A stretch of DNA of 32,000 nucleotides from Brevibacillus brevis (lineage in GTDB: Bacteria; Bacillota; Bacilli; Brevibacillales; Brevibacillaceae): the NCBI RefSeq assembly GCF_031583145.1, contig NZ_CP134050.1, positions 685,739-717,738 on the forward strand, in the 5' to 3' direction. This document shows positions 26,276 through 32,000 of the stretch, piece after piece (position 1 is the first letter of the stretch; each line of letters begins with the position of its first letter). Below the pieces are notes generated by a model. The model did no database searches. It worked only from the letters and a program-made list of their open reading frames with translations, and was not told the DNA's origin. Made by a program: the position numbers and the translations under genes.

Positions 26276-27886
26276 TTGGCAGTGAAAGAAGGTGATGAAT
26301 TGATTGAATCGTTCTGGAATACTTGTTTGCTTCATGATATCACAACCCGTGATCAGCTGCTGCGCGAAGCCATTCGAGTGAAGCGGACACAACAACTACT
26401 GAAACTACAACAGTTGGCCGAAACGGAGCTAATTACGGAACCCGAGAAGCTGTTTCTGTGGATGAAGGAACGCGCTTTAGACAGGGAATTAGGCCATTTC
26501 CCCGGCGATCGGGATTTATTTTATAAATTATACCATGCAGGCAAGGACATGGACTTGTTGGAATACGCCATGCTCACCATCCAACAAGATCGGGTTACAG
26601 GGAGCATTGTCGTCCATCCTGGAATCGTCGAAAAGTTTGTCGATCAGTGTGAGCGGCGTGGTTGCAAGAACATTCTGCTTGCAGAAGCTGAAAAGTATAT
26701 CAAAGGACTTGTCGAGACGAAATGTTACCATCGCCCATGGACAATCACATTGTTAACGGAAAACTACATCGTAGGCAGGTTGTTCAAAACGTATTTCGAG
26801 TCCTACTCCAATATCCGCATCGTTCAAGGGTCCATTTATCAGCCGCTACCTGCAGAAATTCAATTCGACGCGATCCTGGCGATGCCGAATTTCGGTATGA
26901 AAATGAACGATGACGAGGTTGCGGTTCGGGAATCCGAGGGCGCGGCGGCCAGCTATCTGCTTCCACTCTTGCAAGATGGCGGGAGATTAAGCGTGACCTT
27001 GCCCGCGCGGATGCTGTTTCAATCCGGCGCGATCGCCAGCTGGCGGAAGCAAATGAATGATCAGGCGCCGGTGCAAACGATCTATTCGCTTCCGGACGGC
27101 TTGTTTCGTCCCTACACTTCCATCAAGACCTATCAGGTTGACTTTGGAAAAGCGCCTGTGGAAGAGGTGATCCTCGGGCGGCTCCATATGGAGAAGTCAA
27201 AGCTTGTGGCGGAACGGGAGATTGCCATCCATCCAGACCGGTTCCGAGAGCTGGATCATTGGCGAATCGAACTGCTGCTGGATGAAGATCAGGATACACT
27301 TCGTTCGTTCCAGCAGGCGGCGACCCCGAAAGTGAAGTTGCGCGATGTGGCAGAAATTTTTCGGGGAAAATCGATTCTTAAGCAGGATCTAAAGCCCGGG
27401 AACATTAAGGTGCTGAATATATCCAATCTGGATGACGGCGAAGTGCTATTGGATCAACTTGAAACGATTGACGAGGAAGAGAGGAAAGTGAAACGTTACG
27501 AGATTCTCCCGGGTGACCTGGTCATGACGTGTCGCGGCACCGTGAACAAGCTGGCTGTATTTCCGGAGGCTCAAGGGATGGTCATCGCCTCCTCGAATAT
27601 GATCGTGATCCGATTCAAGTCGGCCATCAAGAGCCATTTTGCCAAAATATTTCTGGAAAGCCCGGTCGGGACAGCTCTTATTCAAAGCTTCCAGCGGGGA
27701 ACAACCGTGATGAATTTGAATCCAGCGGATGTGGCGGAATTGGAATTGCCTTTGGTACCGGAAGATATACAGCAAGAATTAATACAGCAATATATCCGGG
27801 AGAAAGAACGATATAAAGAGGTCGTTCGGGAAGCGGCTAACCGTTGGGAACAAGTGAAGAACCAGTTATATGAGCAACTCTACTGA
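26276..27886 (+). CDS. HsdM-like (degenerate motifs I and IV) / single HsdS-type TRD fusion protein
   Basis: The central region has a gamma-MTase-fold layout ('[11 protein letters not shown]', '[14 protein letters not shown]', '[20 protein letters not shown]'). 'ILLAEAEKY' stands where the GxGxG SAM loop should be, and 'MPNF' stands where NPPF should be. The C-terminal ~190 aa form an HsdS TRD ('[14 protein letters not shown]...[16 protein letters not shown]...NMIVIRF...[35 protein letters not shown]') plus a helical tail. The start (TTG 26276, GTG 26282 or TTG 26300) is uncertain. Confidence 0.7.
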   Translation: MAVKEGDELIESFWNTCLLHDITTRDQLLREAIRVKRTQQLLKLQQLAETELITEPEKLFLWMKERALDRELGHFPGDRDLFYKLYHAGKDMDLLEYAMLTIQQDRVTGSIVVHPGIVEKFVDQCERRGCKNILLAEAEKYIKGLVETKCYHRPWTITLLTENYIVGRLFKTYFESYSNIRIVQGSIYQPLPAEIQFDAILAMPNFGMKMNDDEVAVRESEGAAASYLLPLLQDGGRLSVTLPARMLFQSGAIASWRKQMNDQAPVQTIYSLPDGLFRPYTSIKTYQVDFGKAPVEEVILGRLHMEKSKLVAEREIAIHPDRFRELDHWRIELLLDEDQDTLRSFQQAATPKVKLRDVAEIFRGKSILKQDLKPGNIKVLNISNLDDGEVLLDQLETIDEEERKVKRYEILPGDLVMTCRGTVNKLAVFPEAQGMVIASSNMIVIRFKSAIKSHFAKIFLESPVGTALIQSFQRGTTVMNLNPADVAELELPLVPEDIQQELIQQYIREKERYKEVVREAANRWEQVKNQLYEQLY

Positions 27887-27902
27887 GGAGGAATTCAGGA
27901 TC

Positions 27903-29426
27903 ATGGCAACAGCGAACATTGGATTCGAGGAAAAATTATGGAGCATGGCCGATAAGCTGCGTGGCAGCATGGATGCAGCGGAGTATAAGCATGTAGCTCT
28001 CGGCCTGCTTTTTCTGAAATATGTGTCTGATGCATTTGAAGAAAAATACGAAGCTTTGAAAAATGAGCCATATGCTGATCCGGAAGACCGGGACGAATAT
28101 GTTGCTGCAAACATTTTCTGGGTACCGAAGGAAGCGCGCTGGAGCTATATCAAGGATAACGCGAAAAAGCCGGAAATCGGGCAGCTCATTGATAATGCGA
28201 TGATTGCCATCGAGAAGGAAAATCCAACGCTGAAAGGTGTGCTGCCGAAAGATTACGCCCGCCCGGCGCTCGATAAAACCCGTCTTGGCGAAGTGATCGA
28301 CCTATTCTCGTTCAAAGTGGGCGATGAAGAAAGCCGTTCGAAGGATGTACTGGGGCGGGTATATGAGTATTTCCTTAGCAAATTCGCAAGCGCGGAAGGC
28401 AAGAACGGCGGGGAATTCTATACCCCGAACAGCGTTGTTCGCCTGCTCGTCGAGATGATACAGCCGTTCAAGGGCCGCGTATACGACCCCTGCTGTGGTT
28501 CCGGCGGCATGTTCGTTCAGAGCGAGAAGTTTGTAGAGGAGCATCAGGGGCGCATTGGCGATATCGCGGTGTACGGGCAGGAGTCGAATCCGACGACGTG
28601 GAAGTTGTGCAAAATGAACCTCGCCATTCGCGGCATCGACGGCAACCTTGGGGAGCATCATGCAGATACGTTCCATAATGATTTACATAAAAATCTGAAG
28701 GCCGATTACATCTTGGCGAATCCGCCATTCAATATCAGCGATTGGGGCGGCGAGCGGCTGACAGAGGATGCCCGCTGGACATATGGAGTGCCTCCCGCTG
28801 GGAACGCTAACTACGCCTGGATTCAGCACATTGTGAACAAGCTTGCGCCCAGCGGTGTTGCAGGTTTCGTACTGGCGAATGGTTCCATGTCGACGAGCAC
28901 GACGGCGGAGTTTGAGATTCGCAGCAAGCTGGTTAACGCCGATCTGGTCGATTGCATCGTCACCTTGCCGGGGCAGTTGTTTTACTCCACACAGATTCCG
29001 GTATGTCTCTGGTTCATTGCTAAAAATAAAGCGCCAAAGGGCCTTCGGGACCGCCGCGGTGAAATCCTGTTTATTGATGCCCGCAAAATGGGCCATATGG
29101 TGGATCGCACACATCGCGAACTCAGTACGGAGGATATCCGGAAGATCGCCGATACATACCACGCATGGCGCGGTCAGGCGGAAGCTGGACAGTATGAGGA
29201 TGTGAAGGGCTTCTGCAAAGCAGTGAAACTTGCGGAAGTGCAGGAGCACGAGTATATTTTGACGCCGGGGCGTTATGTCGGGATTGAAGATGTGGAGGAA
29301 GACAGCGAACCGTTCGAGGATAAAATGGCACGGCTGACTTCGGAGCTAGCGGAACAGTTCGCCAAGTCCCGGCAACTGGAAGACGAAATTCGCAAGCGGC
29401 TTGGGGGGATTGGGTTTGAGTTTTGA
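27903..29426 (+). CDS. hsdM: type I restriction-modification system methyltransferase subunit HsdM
   Basis: HsdM_N '[42 protein letters not shown]', motif I '[12 protein letters not shown]', motif IV '[11 protein letters not shown]'. The start is taken at MATANIGF (GAGGAGG upstream); the ORF track starts at 27870. Confidence 0.95.
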   Translation: MATANIGFEEKLWSMADKLRGSMDAAEYKHVALGLLFLKYVSDAFEEKYEALKNEPYADPEDRDEYVAANIFWVPKEARWSYIKDNAKKPEIGQLIDNAMIAIEKENPTLKGVLPKDYARPALDKTRLGEVIDLFSFKVGDEESRSKDVLGRVYEYFLSKFASAEGKNGGEFYTPNSVVRLLVEMIQPFKGRVYDPCCGSGGMFVQSEKFVEEHQGRIGDIAVYGQESNPTTWKLCKMNLAIRGIDGNLGEHHADTFHNDLHKNLKADYILANPPFNISDWGGERLTEDARWTYGVPPAGNANYAWIQHIVNKLAPSGVAGFVLANGSMSTSTTAEFEIRSKLVNADLVDCIVTLPGQLFYSTQIPVCLWFIAKNKAPKGLRDRRGEILFIDARKMGHMVDRTHRELSTEDIRKIADTYHAWRGQAEAGQYEDVKGFCKAVKLAEVQEHEYILTPGRYVGIEDVEEDSEPFEDKMARLTSELAEQFAKSRQLEDEIRKRLGGIGFEF

Positions 29427-30669
29427 AACTGGATGGAGAAAGTGTACTTGGGGAGATATTTCTACACTTGAATATGGGAAAGCCCTTAGGGATTATAAAG
29501 ATAAAACAAGTGGATATCCGGTTTATGGTACTAATGGTTTAATAGGATATACTGAAAAATATCTTTCAGATAAGCCAGGGGTAATAATTGGGCGAAAAGG
29601 TGCATACCGAGGAGTTCACTATTCCAATAGACCTTTTTTTGTTATCGATACCGCCTATTACTTATCACCCAAAATTCCCCAACTAAATTTAAGATGGGCA
29701 TACTATAGTTTGCGTAATATAGATATTAATAGCATGGATTCAGGCTCTGCAATTCCTTCCACGAGTAGAAGTGATTTTTACTCAATTGAAGTTGATCTAC
29801 CAGATATTTATGAACAACAAGAGATAGCAAATTTGCTCTCAGTATTAGACGATAAAATCGAACTCAACAACGCAATCAACAAAAACCTTGAAGAAATGGC
29901 CCAAGCCCTTTTTAATAGCTGGTTTGTGGACTTCGAGTTTCCAAATGAAAACGGAGAACCGTATAAATCCAGTGGCGGCGAGTTTGAGGAAAGTGAATTG
30001 GGGCTCATTCCGAAGGGGTGGAAGCAGGGGACAATTAGTGAACTTGGTGAGGTTGCCGGAGGAGCAACGCCTTCTAAGAAAAACGAAGACTTTTATACCG
30101 TTAGAGGCATTCCTTGGATCACTCCTAAAGATCTATCGAAAACTAACAACAAATATATCTCGCGCGGCGAAATAGATATTACACAGAAAGGGTTTAGCAA
30201 CTCCAGTGTAAAGCTTTTACCGAAAGGGACAGTTTTATTTAGTTCGCGAGCTCCTATTGGTTATATTGCAATAGCTAAAAATGAAGTTACAACAAATCAG
30301 GGATTTAAGTCCGTTATTCCATTCAAACATGTTGGTTCAGAATTCGTCTATTATCTCTTGAAGAGTAATGTTGAGACGATTGAATGTCGTGCATCGGGCT
30401 CAACCTTTAAGGAGATATCCGGGACAGAAATGAAGCGAGTGCCTGTTCTTATCCCTACAGAAAATGTCCTTGCGAAGTTTAATGAGATCGTTGAACCGAT
30501 AGGGAGATTAACACAAAAGTGTGAAGAAGAAAATGAAGATTTAACCCAAATCCGCGACACCCTTCTCCCCAAACTGATGTCGGGCGAGATCCGTGTCCCT
30601 GTGGAGCAGGATCATAATCATCCCGATCTGCCAAAGGTTGCGGAGAGCAGCGCAATCTATCAGCCCTAA
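29416..30669 (+). CDS. hsdS: type I restriction-modification system specificity subunit HsdS (two TRDs)
   Basis: Two TRDs are separated by the central conserved helix '[44 protein letters not shown]'. The C-terminal conserved helix is '...[16 protein letters not shown]'. The gene overlaps the hsdM stop. The start is one of TTG 29401, 29410 or 29416. Confidence 0.92.
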   Translation: MSFETGWRKCTWGDISTLEYGKALRDYKDKTSGYPVYGTNGLIGYTEKYLSDKPGVIIGRKGAYRGVHYSNRPFFVIDTAYYLSPKIPQLNLRWAYYSLRNIDINSMDSGSAIPSTSRSDFYSIEVDLPDIYEQQEIANLLSVLDDKIELNNAINKNLEEMAQALFNSWFVDFEFPNENGEPYKSSGGEFEESELGLIPKGWKQGTISELGEVAGGATPSKKNEDFYTVRGIPWITPKDLSKTNNKYISRGEIDITQKGFSNSSVKLLPKGTVLFSSRAPIGYIAIAKNEVTTNQGFKSVIPFKHVGSEFVYYLLKSNVETIECRASGSTFKEISGTEMKRVPVLIPTENVLAKFNEIVEPIGRLTQKCEEENEDLTQIRDTLLPKLMSGEIRVPVEQDHNHPDLPKVAESSAIYQP

Positions 30670-30686
30670 TCCAAAGGAGGTGCAAC

Positions 30687-32000
30687 ATGGCCTACTATAC
30701 GACGTCCTATACCGAAAGCGACCTGGAGCAGGCCGCACTGGAGTGGTTCGAAGAACTGAACTACGAGAAAGCATACGGCCCGGATATTTCTCCGGAAGGC
30801 GAGTATCCCGAACGACAGTTTTACCATGACGTCATCCTGAAAGATCGGCTGCGCGAGGCTCTCATTCGCATCAACAAACATGTGCCGCGCGAAGCGATTG
30901 AGGAAGCGATCCGGATCGTTGAAGTGCCGCGCAGTCCCAGTTTGCTGATCAACAACCGGGCGTTCCAGAAGATGATCACTGACGGAATCGACGTGCAGTA
31001 TCAAGCCGCCAATGGCGAATATCCGACAGAGAAAATATGGCTGTTCGACACCGATCCGGACGGGATCGACAACAACGACTTTCTGGTCGTCAACCAGTTT
31101 ACCATCGTTGAAAATCAGGGAGAGAAGCGCCCGGATATCGTCGTGTTCGTAAATGGATTGCCGATCGCCGTATTTGAATTGAAAAGCGCCTCCAACGAAG
31201 AAGTCGGGATCAGCGATGCCTATAATCAAGTGCAGACGTACAAAGGCGCGATACCGTCCCTGTTCACCTACAACTCGTTCCTGGTCATCAGTGACGGTGT
31301 GAATGCGCGGGTTGGCACGCTGACCGCCAATGAAGACCGCTTTATGATGTGGCGCACGATCGACGGCGATGACGTGGCGCCCTCCTCCCTGCCCCAGCTT
31401 GAAGTGCTTGTAAAAGGAATGTTCGAGAAAAGCCGACTGCTTGATATTATCAAGCATTTCGTGCTGTTTCAGACCGATGGGGAGCATCTGTTCAAAATAT
31501 TGGCGGGATACCACCAATACCACGCCACCAACAAGGCGATTGCAAGTACGGAAAGAGCGACGATGGATGATGGGGACCGCAAAATCGGCGTCATCTGGCA
31601 TACGCAAGGCTCCGGTAAAAGCTTGTCCATGGTTTTCTACGCGGGAAAACTTGTTCTGACGCTGAACAACCCGACGATCGTCGTGGTGACGGACCGGAAC
31701 GATCTGGACGATCAGTTGTTCAGCACGTTCAGCAAGTCGAAGGACTTGCTCAGGCAAACGCCTCAGCAAGCGGAAAATCGGACTCATTTGCGACAACTTT
31801 TGTCGGTGGAGTCGGGCGGGATCATTTTCACAACGGTTCACAAGTTCACCCCCGATGAAAATGAAGACAAATATCCTGTACTTACGGAACGCCGCAATGT
31901 GATTGTGATTGCGGACGAGGCGCATCGCAGCCAGTACGGGTTTCAGGCGGATATGGTCGCCGGGGACGACGAAGCGGCCATTAAGTATGGCTATGCCAAA
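30687..32000 (+). CDS. hsdR: type I restriction enzyme endonuclease/translocase subunit HsdR (N-terminal 438 codons; continues past window end)
   Basis: AAAGGAGG RBS. PD-(D/E)xK nuclease region 'PDIVVFVNGLPIAVFELK', helicase motif I 'HTQGSGKS', motif II 'IADEAHRSQ'. The frame is open to the window end, so it is not in the ORF track. Confidence 0.95.
   Translation, partial: MAYYTTSYTESDLEQAALEWFEELNYEKAYGPDISPEGEYPERQFYHDVILKDRLREALIRINKHVPREAIEEAIRIVEVPRSPSLLINNRAFQKMITDGIDVQYQAANGEYPTEKIWLFDTDPDGIDNNDFLVVNQFTIVENQGEKRPDIVVFVNGLPIAVFELKSASNEEVGISDAYNQVQTYKGAIPSLFTYNSFLVISDGVNARVGTLTANEDRFMMWRTIDGDDVAPSSLPQLEVLVKGMFEKSRLLDIIKHFVLFQTDGEHLFKILAGYHQYHATNKAIASTERATMDDGDRKIGVIWHTQGSGKSLSMVFYAGKLVLTLNNPTIVVVTDRNDLDDQLFSTFSKSKDLLRQTPQQAENRTHLRQLLSVESGGIIFTTVHKFTPDENEDKYPVLTERRNVIVIADEAHRSQYGFQADMVAGDDEAAIKYGYAK

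Noticed and set aside
30666-31925. 419-aa ORF on the minus strand
   Set aside because: It is exactly antisense to hsdR, whose plus-strand frame has an RBS, a PD-(D/E)xK region and helicase motifs I and II. The antisense product has no recognisable motif and looks like the stop-poor shadow frame that often lies opposite a real gene.
1-32000. CRISPR arrays, tRNA/rRNA genes and riboswitch-like leaders
   Set aside because: I saw no regularly spaced short direct repeats, no cloverleaf-compatible segments and no conserved riboswitch cores on either strand. A by-eye scan cannot exclude small ncRNAs.

Overview
The window looks like a Bacillales-type Firmicute chromosome, judging by AGGAGG-type RBSs, lipoboxes and the gene families present. 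It has three parts. (1) 1-5.3 kb is housekeeping or accessory: a two-component system, a truncated DUF3048 lipoprotein, a CMD-family protein, a SEC-C protein and a SAM methyltransferase. (2) 5.4-16.3 kb starts with an IS91-family element split by a complete IS21-family element (5-bp CCGTT target duplication). Next comes a phosphite-oxidation cluster: a PhnCDE/PtxABC-type ABC transporter, a PtxD-like NAD phosphite dehydrogenase and a convergent LysR regulator. It ends with gene remnants and a RocB-like M20 hydrolase. (3) 16.5-22.3 kb is an IS graveyard. It holds two diverged IS256 copies (one truncated, one frameshifted), fragments of two further IS21-family elements, an IS5/IS1182-type fragment, a comM (Mg-chelatase-like) 3-prime fragment, an XRE regulator and a small secreted protein. 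From 22.3 kb onward lies the distal half of a Tn7-like transposon: a tnsC 3-prime stub, then intact tnsD (TniQ) and tnsE. tnsA, tnsB and the element ends are absent from the window. Its cargo is a type I R-M operon (hsdM-hsdS-hsdR, with hsdR running off the window). That operon is headed by an unusual 536-aa protein, an HsdM-like fold with degenerate catalytic motifs fused to a single HsdS-type recognition domain. This protein is the most novel-looking item in the window. All calls rest on by-eye motif recognition; no searches were run.
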